A stretch of DNA of 32,000 nt from Candidatus Saccharimonadota bacterium (GCF_000185985.2 NC_014909.2:330001-362000), one strand, 5' to 3'; shown: positions 1-10,818, counted from the first letter of the stretch. The notes: a model not told the origin generated them from the sequence alone. Translations and numbers: made by a program.

Positions 1-660
1 GTCAGATAAAATTTGTACTTCTATATGTCTTGGATTTTCTAAATACCGTTCTATATAAATAGAATCATTATTAAATATTTTTTTTGATTCTGACTTTGCT
101 AATTTTATAGCGTTTTGTAAATCATTTTTTTTTCTAACCACACACATTCCCAATCCCCCGGCTCCATATGCTGATTTAATAATAACCGGATAATTAATAT
201 TGATATGATTGGAATTCATATAAGGAATATTATTTATTTTTTCATTTATTTTTAAATCTTGTCCTGGCACAGATTTTATTCCTACTTTTTTCATAATAGA
301 AATAGCAGAAATTTTATTACTCATAAGACGCATGGTTTCAGAATTAGGTCCTATAAAAATAAATCCAGAACGTTCAACTTGTTCTGCAAAATCTGCATTT
401 TCTGATAAAAATCCATAACCAGGGTGAATTCCTGTGGCTCCTGTTATTTCAGCGGCAGAAATAATAGCTGGAATATTTAAATAGCTATCGACTATAGAAG
501 GGAGCCCTATACAAACAGTTTCATCAGATAATAGAACATGTTTTAGATCACGATCTATAGTAGAATGTACTGCTACTGTTTTAATTCCTAATTCCTTACA
601 AGAACGTAAGATACGTAAAGCTATTTCACCTCTATTTGCAATAACAATTTTATTTAACAT
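1..660 (-). CDS. accC: Biotin carboxylase (acetyl-CoA carboxylase subunit), N-terminal 220 codons; the 3' end lies beyond the window edge
   Basis: Not in the ORF track because it runs off the edge. The reverse complement from the ATG at 658-660 reads [44 protein letters not shown]..., nearly identical to the E. coli AccC N-terminus ([33 protein letters not shown]...). It starts 22 nt after the accB stop, as in accBC operons. Confidence 0.93.
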   Translation of the reverse strand, partial: MLNKIVIANRGEIALRILRSCKELGIKTVAVHSTIDRDLKHVLLSDETVCIGLPSIVDSYLNIPAIISAAEITGATGIHPGYGFLSENADFAEQVERSGFIFIGPNSETMRLMSNKISAISIMKKVGIKSVPGQDLKINEKINNIPYMNSNHININYPVIIKSAYGAGGLGMCVVRKKNDLQNAIKLAKSESKKIFNNDSIYIERYLENPRHIEVQILSD

Positions 661-682
661 ATTATATAATTTATTTTGTTTT

Positions 683-1147
683 TTATGTTATTTTTATTAT
701 AAATAAGGGTTCTCCAAATTCTACTGGTTTTCCATCATCTATCAAAATAGATTGTATTATGCCTGATTTTTCAGACTGAATTTGATTCATAACTTTCATA
801 GCTTCAATGATACATAATGTTTCTCCTATTTCAACTGATTTTCCAATGAATACAAATGGTTTATCATGTGGATAAGATGCAGTGTAAAATATACCTACCA
901 TGGGGGATCGAACTATATATGTATCAATTGTGTCTAATAATTCATGTTGGTGATCTTTATTTATTGTTGTACTAGATAAAGCTTCTGTTTTTCTTTTTGT
1001 TGTGATGGGAACTAAAGAAGATTGTGACGATATTTTATATTCAGATCTAATAATACGTATTGTTTTTTTTCCTTCAATGATTTCTAATTTAGAGATACTG
1101 GATTCTTCTACTAATTCTACCAATTTTTTTATTTTACGAATATCCAT
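683..1147 (-). CDS. accB: Biotin carboxyl carrier protein of acetyl-CoA carboxylase
   Basis: 154 aa. The C-terminal biotinyl/lipoyl domain carries the biotinylation motif EAMKVMNQI. It sits immediately upstream of accC. Confidence 0.93.
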   Translation of the reverse strand: MDIRKIKKLVELVEESSISKLEIIEGKKTIRIIRSEYKISSQSSLVPITTKRKTEALSSTTINKDHQHELLDTIDTYIVRSPMVGIFYTASYPHDKPFVFIGKSVEIGETLCIIEAMKVMNQIQSEKSGIIQSILIDDGKPVEFGEPLFIIKIT

Positions 1148-1188
1148 AATTATAAGCTACCGTTAAATGTGTATATTCACTATATTTA

Positions 1189-1629
1189 TTAATTTTTGGA
1201 TAAATATTGATGTGCCATGCGTAAAGACACATGATATCCCAATTCTCCAAAACCACAGATTACTCCAATAGCGATATCAGATAAATAGGAATGACTTCTA
1301 AATTTTTCTCTTTTGTATATATTAGAAAAATGAATTTCGATAAAAGCAATTTTTACTGATAATAATGCATCTCTTAATGCTATACTAGTATGAGTAAAAG
1401 CTGCAGGATTAATAATTATAAAATCTGTATTATTATAACTTTCATGTATACGGTTAATTAATTTATGCTCGGCATTAGATTGAAAATGATTTAAAATAAT
1501 TCCTAAAGAATCAGCAGTTTTATTTAAATCTGATATAATTGTAGACAAACGGTTATGTCCGTATAGATTTGTTTCTCTTATTCCTAGTAAATTTAAGTTT
1601 GGCCCATTTATTAATAGTAATTTAAACAT
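1189..1629 (-). CDS. aroQ: 3-dehydroquinate dehydratase, type II
   Basis: 146 aa. Type II dehydroquinase pattern is present ([16 protein letters not shown] and [19 protein letters not shown]). The aroQ-accB-accC order is typical of many gammaproteobacteria. Confidence 0.9.
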   Translation of the reverse strand: MFKLLLINGPNLNLLGIRETNLYGHNRLSTIISDLNKTADSLGIILNHFQSNAEHKLINRIHESYNNTDFIIINPAAFTHTSIALRDALLSVKIAFIEIHFSNIYKREKFRSHSYLSDIAIGVICGFGELGYHVSLRMAHQYLSKN

Positions 1630-2049
1630 GTTATTCAGATTAAATCTCTTATAAAAGATAAACTAAATTGGTGTATGGTAACATAAAATTTATATAAAAA
1701 AAATATATGTTTTTGTGTTTTTGTGCATACTGTAGTAAATATGAATTTGAATTTAACATAGTAATATATTATTGAAATATGAATGTTTTAAGAATTAAAA
1801 ATTTGTGAACAAATAATAATGTTTATATTTTTAGAACTTTAATTTGTTTATAATAACAATAAGTTACAAATAAATATTGATATTAGTAATATCTTCAATC
1901 TTTTATTGATATAATATTTTTATAAAAATAAATACGGTGATATACAGGTAGAATGTATATAAAATTAGAATTTTTACCTGTTGAATTTGCTAAGAAAAGA
2001 TTGAGTAATGATGATTGTTTAATTTTTATTAAAATAGGATAAGATTTAA

Positions 2050-3099
<1,050 letters not shown>

Positions 3100-3209
3100 A
3101 AAAAGATTATTTTTTAAAATTATACTTGTTTTTTTAATTTTATAATATTTTTTTGCGTATAAGTGAATTTTTATACTAATAGTTATTACAATTATTATAG
3201 GTGTAAGTT

Positions 3210-4040
3210 GTGCTTTATAGTAGAATTGTCAAAAGAATTCCATATTTGGAGTTACGTTTAATTATAGCGGTAATAGTATCGATTGTAATGGTTTTTGCTG
3301 ATAATAAGTTTCATATGTTTTCATCATTTAAAAATTGTATAGCAAATTATATTTATTTATTTTATTATTTATGTGATAAGCCAAATTATATTTTTAATTA
3401 TGTTGCCAAGGTATTGGTGACATATAAAGAATTAATTGCAGAAAATGATGCATTACGTAAGGAGTTATTTCTTAAAAATAGTGAATTGTTATTGATGGAT
3501 CAATATAAACATGAAAATTTGAAATTATACGAATTACTTAATTCCCCTGTTTATCAAGAAAAACGTAAGTTGATTACTAAAATAATTTTTATACATGTAG
3601 AGCCAAATAATCAACAAGCAATTATTAATCAAGGTAAAAATAAAAATATATATGTTGGACAACCTGTGTTTGCTGCTTCAGGAGTCATAGGTCAGGTAAT
3701 TTCGGTTAATGATTTTAATAGTCGAGTTTTATTAATTTCAGATTTTGAGCATGCTTTATCTGTGCAATTAAATCGTAATGATGCTAATAATGTGTATTTA
3801 ATATTAATGGGTCGCGGTTTTAATTTGGATTTATACGCAGAGTATTCAGGAAATTCTACTGATATATGTATTAATGATATATTAATTACATCCGGATTGG
3901 ATGGTCGTTTTCCAGCAGGATGCCCGGTTGCTAAAATCTCTCATATAGAAGTTAATTCGGAACAAGATTATACCATTGTGCGAGCTAAACCAATAGTTAA
4001 TTTAAAGTATTTACGTTATGCTATGTTAATTTTGGAATAA
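3210..4040 (+). CDS. mreC: Rod-shape-determining protein MreC, shortened (276 aa; the Pro/Ala-rich C-terminal tail of the 367-aa E. coli protein is absent)
   Basis: GTG start with AGGTG 6 nt upstream. It aligns to E. coli MreC (LRKELFLKNSELLLMDQYKHEN vs LRQELLLKNSELLMLGQYKQEN; SGLDGRFPAGCPVA vs SGLGGRFPEGYPVA). It lies between mreB and mreD. Confidence 0.87.
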   Translation: MLYSRIVKRIPYLELRLIIAVIVSIVMVFADNKFHMFSSFKNCIANYIYLFYYLCDKPNYIFNYVAKVLVTYKELIAENDALRKELFLKNSELLLMDQYKHENLKLYELLNSPVYQEKRKLITKIIFIHVEPNNQQAIINQGKNKNIYVGQPVFAASGVIGQVISVNDFNSRVLLISDFEHALSVQLNRNDANNVYLILMGRGFNLDLYAEYSGNSTDICINDILITSGLDGRFPAGCPVAKISHIEVNSEQDYTIVRAKPIVNLKYLRYAMLILE

Positions 4041-4177
4041 TGATCAATAATAAGAGATAAGTGAATAAAAAAATCATCAGTGTTATTATATGTGAAATAG
4101 GTATATAAAGTATTAATATATTTCGAATTAATGTTTATTTTTATTAATAATTTTGAATTTAATTAATAATATATATT

Positions 4178-4663
4178 ATGCGTCATTATCGTATAGTTAA
4201 GTATAAAATTGGAATAGTTTGTTGTTCCTTTATTATTGCAATGGTACTACAAGGGGTAATGTCGTTAGTAACAACATGGTATTTTCAGCCTAGTTGGATT
4301 TTGATGGTACTAATTTATTGGATTAATATGCATCCAAATAAAATAAATATAGGTGCTGGATTTGTTTTAGGATTATTAACAGATTGTATTTGTTTTTCTA
4401 CTATAGGGGTACATGCTTTATCTTTTAGTATACTTAGTTATGTAGTTGTGAGAAAAGTATATATTTTTAGATACACTTCGATATGGCAGCAATCTTTTTT
4501 TGTGTTGTTTTTCTCTTTGATTAATCAAAGTATTAAATTTTTAATAAAATTTTTCATAATTAAAAATTCATGTTCACCAGAAATTTTTTGGAATTGTATT
4601 TTAGATTTTTCAATATGGCCATTTTTAGTGTTTTTGATGAGTAAACATTTTACGTATAAATAA
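4178..4663 (+). CDS. mreD: Rod-shape-determining membrane protein MreD
   Basis: 161 aa polytopic membrane protein, the same length class as E. coli MreD (162 aa). Conserved blocks include PSWILMVLIYW, N.G.GFV.G...D and PE.FW. Position after mreC supports the call. Confidence 0.82.
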   Translation: MRHYRIVKYKIGIVCCSFIIAMVLQGVMSLVTTWYFQPSWILMVLIYWINMHPNKINIGAGFVLGLLTDCICFSTIGVHALSFSILSYVVVRKVYIFRYTSIWQQSFFVLFFSLINQSIKFLIKFFIIKNSCSPEIFWNCILDFSIWPFLVFLMSKHFTYK

Positions 4664-5022
4664 CATATTCACAATATTGTTTTTTATATGTATAAAAATA
4701 ATATTTATTAATAAATGATAATAAAAAAGATGAGTAGTACTTTACATTAAATATAATATTTTGATACAATTATTGTGTTAAAATCATTAAATTATATTAA
4801 GTTGTTTAATATGGTTATTTTATATAATTAATAAAAACAATTGTGTAATTGGTTTTTGTTGTTATTTTTTATAAAAAATTAATTAATAAGGATTTATTAG
4901 ATTAGATAGATAAAAAGTGGTTGGATACATTAATCCATGGTCTATCAAATATAATAATTAATCATTATATAGAATTAACGAAAAAAGACACAGATTTTAT
5001 ATAAAAATGAAATAGAGGTATT

Positions 5023-6501
5023 ATGAGTATAGAATTTGTCAGTCAACAAATTTTGGTTCCTAATAAGTTGCAAATTAGTGATCTTTCATATTTATTGGGA
5101 ATGGCAGAAAGTTTTAATATCGATTATTCAGATTTATATTTTCAATCCCGTTTTTATGAAAATTGGATTTTAGAAGATAAAATCATTAAATCCGGATCTT
5201 ATCATGTCAATCAAGGGGTTGGAATTCGTGTAATTGTAGGAGAGAAAACAGGGTTTTCTTATACTAATAAGTTAGTTTTAGATTCATTGGTTCACAGTAT
5301 GAATGATGCTATTGGTATTGTGAATTCTAATAATTTTAAGAATGCAATGAAATGTGATAATAGAGAAGTAGAATTACTTTTTTCTAAAAGAGAGAAGGAG
5401 AAAAATGCATATTTAAATGTTAATCCATTATCTGCTATGTCTAATGAAGAAAAAATTGATTTGTTAATAAGAATAGATAAAATTGCTCGCCATGAACATT
5501 CATATGTAAAAACAGTGCAAGCAACTTTATCAGGAATGTATGAGCAAATTTTAGTTGCTGCTACTGATGGAACTTTAAGTGCAGATATACGACCACTAAT
5601 TCGTTTGTCTATATTAGTGCAAGTAGAACATAATGGAAGAAGAGAGCAAGGTTTTAGTGGAGGAGGAGGTAGAAGTGGGTATGATTATTTTTTAAATAAT
5701 ATTATTCACGGAGAATCTTGCATTGATCATTGGACTAAAAATGCCGTTAAAATGGGGGTAACTAATCTTAAATCCATATCAGCCCCGATTGGCACTATGC
5801 CAGTAGTATTAGGTCCTGGTTGGCCGGGAATCCTAATACATGAAGCAGTAGGACATGGATTAGAGTCAGATTTCAATAGAAAAGGTAGCTCTGTATTTTC
5901 TAAAGAAATTGGGAAGAAAGTAGCTTCTGAGTTATGTACGATAGTAGATGATGCAACTTTTAAATTGTCTAGAGGCTCGTTAATCATTGATGATGAAGGA
6001 ATTCCGGGGCAATATAATATTTTAATTAAAGATGGAGTTTTGCAAGGATATATGCAGGATAAATTAAATTCTAAGTTTATGGGAGTATGTTCTACTGGAA
6101 ATGGAAGAAGGGAATCTTATTCGGATTTACCTATGCCCCGTATGACTAATACATATATGTTACCTGGAAAATCTACACCTGAGGAAATTATAAACAGTAT
6201 TGAATATGGAGTATATGCCACAAATTTTGGAGGAGGACAAGTAGATATTACTTCAGGAAAATTTGTTTTTTCTACTTCTGAAGCATTTTTAATAGAAAAA
6301 GGTAATATTACTAATTCAATAAAAGGGGCTACCTTAATTGGATCAGGCATTGAAATAATGCAAAATATTTCTATGATAGGCAATGATTTGTTATTGGATT
6401 CAGGAATAGGTACATGTGTGAAAAATGGACAAAAAATCCCTGTTAGTGTAGGTCAACCTACTATAAAATTAAATAAAATTACAATAGGAGGAGTAACTTA
6501 A
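5023..6501 (+). CDS. tldD: Metalloprotease TldD
   Basis: 492 aa. The [11 protein letters not shown] zinc-binding motif is present, along with strong similarity to the E. coli TldD C-terminal half (NGRRESY...[11 protein letters not shown]). GAGG lies 7 nt upstream of the ATG. Confidence 0.93.
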   Translation: MSIEFVSQQILVPNKLQISDLSYLLGMAESFNIDYSDLYFQSRFYENWILEDKIIKSGSYHVNQGVGIRVIVGEKTGFSYTNKLVLDSLVHSMNDAIGIVNSNNFKNAMKCDNREVELLFSKREKEKNAYLNVNPLSAMSNEEKIDLLIRIDKIARHEHSYVKTVQATLSGMYEQILVAATDGTLSADIRPLIRLSILVQVEHNGRREQGFSGGGGRSGYDYFLNNIIHGESCIDHWTKNAVKMGVTNLKSISAPIGTMPVVLGPGWPGILIHEAVGHGLESDFNRKGSSVFSKEIGKKVASELCTIVDDATFKLSRGSLIIDDEGIPGQYNILIKDGVLQGYMQDKLNSKFMGVCSTGNGRRESYSDLPMPRMTNTYMLPGKSTPEEIINSIEYGVYATNFGGGQVDITSGKFVFSTSEAFLIEKGNITNSIKGATLIGSGIEIMQNISMIGNDLLLDSGIGTCVKNGQKIPVSVGQPTIKLNKITIGGVT

Positions 6502-6535
6502 TCTAAATTTATATATAAATTTAGATTAAGTTACT
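6492..6535 (+). repeat. Perfect 44-bp palindrome (22-bp arms, no spacer) spanning the tldD stop codon; candidate intrinsic terminator or 3'-end stabilising hairpin
   Basis: Read directly: agtaacttaatctaaatttata|tataaatttagattaagttact. All 22 position pairs checked are complementary, and the flanks (g6491/g6536) do not pair. The left arm contains the last codons GTA ACT and the TAA (6499-6501) of tldD. Confidence 0.85.
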
Positions 6536-6805
6536 GTTTTGTTGGAAGTCAGTATTCAATTAGATATATTATTTATTTAATTTATATATAGGGATAATTT
6601 AATGTGAGGTTCAAAATTTATTAAAATTGATTAGAGTAAACTTTTTTTAAAAAATCAATATTAAAAGTAAATATACATATTTTTTAATATTTCTTGAAAA
6701 GTTATTTTTGGTAAAATCTTGACCCCCTTATACATAAAGGGATCATTCGATTGTATTGTGCATATGTAATTTTCATTGTTGGTTTTAGAATTATGAGAGA
6801 ATATT

Positions 6806-8146
6806 ATGGATTTAATGAGTGATGCAAAACAAAATGATCTTTTTTTAAAAAAGATAACTAATCGCACTCTGCAATTGACAAGTCAATGTTCTCAAGAATC
6901 AGAGGTCTCTATAATTAAGACTACTGGAATTAATGTAAGTACGCGTTATGGAAACGTAGAAAATATAGAATTTGATAATAATGAGATATTAAAAATTACT
7001 GTATTCTTTCAGCATAAGAAAGGTATAGTTTTTTTAAATAATTTAAGCGAACAATCCATAATAGATGCGGTTCATTATGCAGTGGATATTGCGCGTTATG
7101 CTTCTATAGATTTGTATTCTGGTATTGCAGATAAAGAATTATTAGCGTTTAATCCTGTATATTTAGATTTATGTCATCCAATTGAATTAGATATTAAGTC
7201 AAGTATTCAATTAGCATCTAGAGCAGAAAATACAGCTCTAAATTATGATCGACGAATCATTTGCACAGAAGGAGGAAGATTTAGTAGTCATATTACCACT
7301 GTAATTTTTGGTAATAGTCATGGCATGTTAAGCAGTTATAGTAGTAGTCAATATTTTTTATCTTGTAATGTGATTGCTGAAAGTAATGGTGTTATGGAAC
7401 AAGATTATTCATATACATTAAGCAGAGTTTTTAAAAAATTACGATCACCGGAATGGGTAGGAAAAGAATGTGCTCGGCGTGTGTTAATGCATTTAAACTC
7501 AAGAAAAATTAATACGATAGAATCTCCAGTGTTATTTACTTCAGAAACTGCTGTCAGTTTATTGCAACATTTAGCGAATGCCATTCATGGAGATAATATT
7601 TATAAGCAATCTACTTTTTTATTAAATGATTTAGGAAAAAAAATTTTTCCTTCTTGGTTTTGCATTAAAGAAATACCACATGTTTCTCAAGAGTTAGGTT
7701 CTGCTCCATTTGACGATGAAGGTGTACAAACATTAAATAAATCAATTGTGAAAAACGGGATATTAAATAGTTGGTTATTAAATACTTATTCTGCTAATAA
7801 AATTGGTTTAAAAAGCACTGGAAATGCTGGAGGTATACATAATTGGTATGTTAGTTGTCAAAATATCAGTTTTATGGAATTAATAAAAATCATGAATCGT
7901 GGTTTAATTATTACTAATCTTATGGGACAAGGGGTAAATATAGTAACTGGAGATTATTCAAGAGGAGCTTCTGGTTTTTGGGTAAACCATGGGGAGATAC
8001 AATATCCGGTACATGAAATTACTGTTTCTGGTAACTTACGGCAAATGTTTTTAAATGTGAATTCCATTAGCAATGATATTGAAACACGAAGTAATATTCA
8101 TTGCGGGTCTATATTAATTAATGCTATGCAAATAGCAGGAACTTAA
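6806..8146 (+). CDS. pmbA: Metalloprotease PmbA (TldE), partner of TldD
   Basis: 446 aa. It aligns along its length with E. coli PmbA (KTTGI.VSTRYG.VEN.EF; GLKSTG.AGGIHNW; ITGDYSRGA.GFWV..GEIQYPV.EIT..GNL; NDIETRSNI.CGS.L). Confidence 0.92.
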   Translation: MDLMSDAKQNDLFLKKITNRTLQLTSQCSQESEVSIIKTTGINVSTRYGNVENIEFDNNEILKITVFFQHKKGIVFLNNLSEQSIIDAVHYAVDIARYASIDLYSGIADKELLAFNPVYLDLCHPIELDIKSSIQLASRAENTALNYDRRIICTEGGRFSSHITTVIFGNSHGMLSSYSSSQYFLSCNVIAESNGVMEQDYSYTLSRVFKKLRSPEWVGKECARRVLMHLNSRKINTIESPVLFTSETAVSLLQHLANAIHGDNIYKQSTFLLNDLGKKIFPSWFCIKEIPHVSQELGSAPFDDEGVQTLNKSIVKNGILNSWLLNTYSANKIGLKSTGNAGGIHNWYVSCQNISFMELIKIMNRGLIITNLMGQGVNIVTGDYSRGASGFWVNHGEIQYPVHEITVSGNLRQMFLNVNSISNDIETRSNIHCGSILINAMQIAGT

Positions 8147-8159
8147 TTGTAAATTAAGT
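8141..8159 (+). terminator. Short hairpin (8-bp stem, 3-nt loop) overlapping the pmbA stop codon; weak terminator candidate
   Basis: acttaatt gta aattaagt, with arms that are exact reverse complements. The TAA stop (8144-8146) lies inside the 5' arm. The stem is almost AT-only and no clear T-run follows, so function is uncertain. Confidence 0.3.
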
Positions 8160-8374
8160 AAAGATCGTTCGTTAGACAGCGGATGGGAAATATAATAATG
8201 CACGGTGTTTGCACAAGAAAGGAGCGATAATTTTTTGAATTCTTTAATATATATAAAGAATATTATATTAATTAATTGCAGTGAAGTAAAGTAAGTTATA
8301 TAGGATAAAACCCTACCCTACTGCATCTTTAATTAAGAGACGTATTCTTTATTTATCTTTTAAAATAAGCCTTC

Positions 8375-8404
8375 TGTTGAATATAACTAATATGTCCCCA
8401 TATG
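8375..8404 (+). promoter_or_regulatory. Sigma32 (RpoH) heat-shock promoter of lon
   Basis: gTTGAAT (8377-8382), a 14-nt spacer, then CCCCATAT (8396-8403). This matches the sigma32 consensus (CTTGAAA / CCCCATnT) and my recollection of the E. coli lon promoter GTTGAATGTGGGGGAAACATCCCCATATA, with the same 14-nt TTGAA-to-CCCCAT spacing. It lies about 88 nt upstream of the lon ATG. The agctctATGaa start context also resembles E. coli. Confidence 0.6.
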
Positions 8405-8490
8405 TTAAGTATGTGGTGATTAAATATGATGAAGCCGAGTAGTAAAAAAATTTATAATTTGGCGAGCTAAATTAAAAAAAGGATAGCTCT

Positions 8491-10818
8491 ATGAATACCA
8501 AGCAATCTGAGCGCATAGATATTCCTGTATTACCGTTGCGTGATGTGGTGGTGTATCCGCATATGGTAATTCCTTTGTTTGTCGGTAGAGAAAAATCAAT
8601 TAAATGTCTTGAATATGCTATGAGCGGAGATAAAAAGATTATGCTAGTGGCTCAAAAAGAAGCATCTAATGATGAACCTAGTATTAATGATCTTTTTTCG
8701 GTCGGAACTGTATCTATTATATTACAAATGTTAAAGCTTCCAGATGGTACAGTAAAGGTATTAGTAGAAGGATTAATCCGAGCTCGGATTATTGAATTAA
8801 CAGATTCTGGTAATTACTTTAAAGCTGATGCAGATTATTTTGACATTAAAGAATTAAATGAAAAAGAAAAAGAAGTGTTAATGAGAACTGTAATTCATCA
8901 ATTTGAAGGGTATATTAAACTTAATAAAAAAATCCCTCCTGAAGTATTAGTGTCTTTAAATAATATAAATGATGCTGATCGTTTAGCAGATACTATTGCT
9001 GCTCATATACCGCTTAAATTACATGATAAACAGTCTATATTAGAAATGTCAAATATTACTGAACGTTTAGAATATTTAATATCAGTTATGGAGTCTGAAA
9101 TTGAATTATTGAAAGTAGAAAAACGTATTCGTAATCGAGTAAAAAAGCAAATGGAAAAAAGTCAACGAGAATATTATTTAAATGAACAGATCAAAGCTAT
9201 TCAAAAAGAATTGGGAGAAATGGATAATATTGTTGATGAAAATGAATCTATAAAACGACGAATAGAATCATCTAAAATGCCTAAAGAAGCTCGTAATAAA
9301 ATAGAATCAGAATTTCAAAAGTTAAAAATGATGCCTCCTATGTCTTCGGAAGCTACGGTAGTACGAGGATATATTGATTGGGTATTGTCGGTGCCTTGGC
9401 ATTCTAAAAGTAAAATGAAAAAAGATCTTGTAAAAGCTCAAGAAAGTTTAGATAGAGATCATTATGGCTTAAAACGAGTTAAGGATCGTATATTAGAATA
9501 TTTAGCGGTTCAAAATAGAATAAACAAAATTAGAGGACCTATTTTATGTTTAGTAGGCCCTCCGGGTGTTGGCAAAACATCTCTGGGCAAGTCGATAGCT
9601 AAAGCTACAGGGCGTAAATATATACGTATGGCTTTAGGAGGAATGAGAGATGAAGCAGAAATTAGAGGCCATAGAAGAACTTATATTGGATCTATGCCTG
9701 GAAAATTAATTCAGAAAATGTCTAAGATTGGGGTAAAAAATCCTTTATTTTTATTAGATGAAATTGACAAAATGTCTTTTGATATGCGTGGAGATCCTGC
9801 GTCTGCTTTATTAGAAGTATTAGATCCAGAACAAAATATAGCTTTTAACGATCATTACTTAGAAGTAGATTATGATTTATCTGATGTTATGTTTGTAGCT
9901 ACTTCTAATTCTATGAATATTCCTAGTCCTTTATTAGATAGAATGGAAGTGATTAAATTATCTGGATATACTGAAGAGGAGAAATTTAATATAGCTCGGC
10001 AACACTTATTATCTAAACAAATTGAGCGTAATGCTTTAAAGCCAGGCGAATTATTGATTCAAGATGATGCGTTGACAAGTATCATTCGTTATTATACTAG
10101 AGAAGCTGGAGTACGTAATTTAGAAAGAGAGATTTCTAAATTATGTCGAAAAACAGTAAAAAATTTATTATTGAATAAAAAAATTACCTGTATCACTATT
10201 AATGAAGAAAATTTGAAAGATTTTTTAGGTGTTCAACGTTATGATTGTGCTTTAGCGGAACAAGAAAATAGAATAGGACAAGCAACTGGATTAGCTTGGA
10301 CTGAAGTTGGAGGAGATCTGTTAACTATTGAAACAGTTTGTGTTCCTGGAAAAGGAAAATTAACTTATACTGGATCTTTAGGAGAAATTATGCAGGAGTC
10401 AATTCAAGCGGCCTTGACTGTCGTGCGAGCTCGGGCAGATAAATTAGGTATTAAAACAGACTTTTATGAAAAAAAAGATATTCATGTACATGTTCCAGAA
10501 GGTGCTACTCCAAAAGATGGACCAAGTGCTGGAATTGCTATGTGTACTGCTTTAGTATCTTGTTTAACTGGAAACTCTGTTAAAGCACATGTAGCGATGA
10601 CTGGAGAAATTACTTTACGAGGTCAAGTTTTACCTATTGGTGGCTTAAAAGAAAAATTATTAGCAGCTCATAGGGGGGGGATTAAAACTGTTTTAATCCC
10701 CTATGAAAATAAACGGGATTTAGAGGATATGCCTGATGTTGTTATAAATAATTTAAACATTTATCCAGTCAAACAAATAGATGAAGTATTAACATTAGCT
10801 TTACAAAACGCTCCGTAA
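8491..10818 (+). CDS. lon: ATP-dependent Lon protease
   Basis: 775 aa. Walker A GPPGVGKTS is present, as are the catalytic serine in PKDGPSAG and a lysine in GGLKEKLLAAHRGG. It is near-identical to E. coli Lon over long blocks. It ends at ...LALQNAP, about 9 residues short of E. coli Lon. Confidence 0.98.
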   Translation: MNTKQSERIDIPVLPLRDVVVYPHMVIPLFVGREKSIKCLEYAMSGDKKIMLVAQKEASNDEPSINDLFSVGTVSIILQMLKLPDGTVKVLVEGLIRARIIELTDSGNYFKADADYFDIKELNEKEKEVLMRTVIHQFEGYIKLNKKIPPEVLVSLNNINDADRLADTIAAHIPLKLHDKQSILEMSNITERLEYLISVMESEIELLKVEKRIRNRVKKQMEKSQREYYLNEQIKAIQKELGEMDNIVDENESIKRRIESSKMPKEARNKIESEFQKLKMMPPMSSEATVVRGYIDWVLSVPWHSKSKMKKDLVKAQESLDRDHYGLKRVKDRILEYLAVQNRINKIRGPILCLVGPPGVGKTSLGKSIAKATGRKYIRMALGGMRDEAEIRGHRRTYIGSMPGKLIQKMSKIGVKNPLFLLDEIDKMSFDMRGDPASALLEVLDPEQNIAFNDHYLEVDYDLSDVMFVATSNSMNIPSPLLDRMEVIKLSGYTEEEKFNIARQHLLSKQIERNALKPGELLIQDDALTSIIRYYTREAGVRNLEREISKLCRKTVKNLLLNKKITCITINEENLKDFLGVQRYDCALAEQENRIGQATGLAWTEVGGDLLTIETVCVPGKGKLTYTGSLGEIMQESIQAALTVVRARADKLGIKTDFYEKKDIHVHVPEGATPKDGPSAGIAMCTALVSCLTGNSVKAHVAMTGEITLRGQVLPIGGLKEKLLAAHRGGIKTVLIPYENKRDLEDMPDVVINNLNIYPVKQIDEVLTLALQNAP

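Noticed and set aside
1907-1915. Extended -10-like TGATATAAT upstream of mreB, plus other TATAAT/TTGACA-like hexamers in spacers (for example TTGACC at 6717-6722 upstream of pmbA)
   Set aside because: TATAAT-like strings occur every few dozen bases in spacers with this AT content. Without a transcription start map they cannot be told apart from background.
5727-6383. Minus-strand ORFs 5727-5987 (86 aa) and 6117-6383 (88 aa) inside tldD
   Set aside because: They are antisense shadow ORFs within a well-supported CDS, with no recognisable motifs.
6661-6867. 68-aa minus-strand ORF spanning the tldD-pmbA spacer and the pmbA start
   Set aside because: The translation is AT-rich and low complexity (F/K/I/N). 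It overlaps the pmbA start codon region, has no RBS and shows no similarity to anything I recognise. It is most likely a chance ORF.
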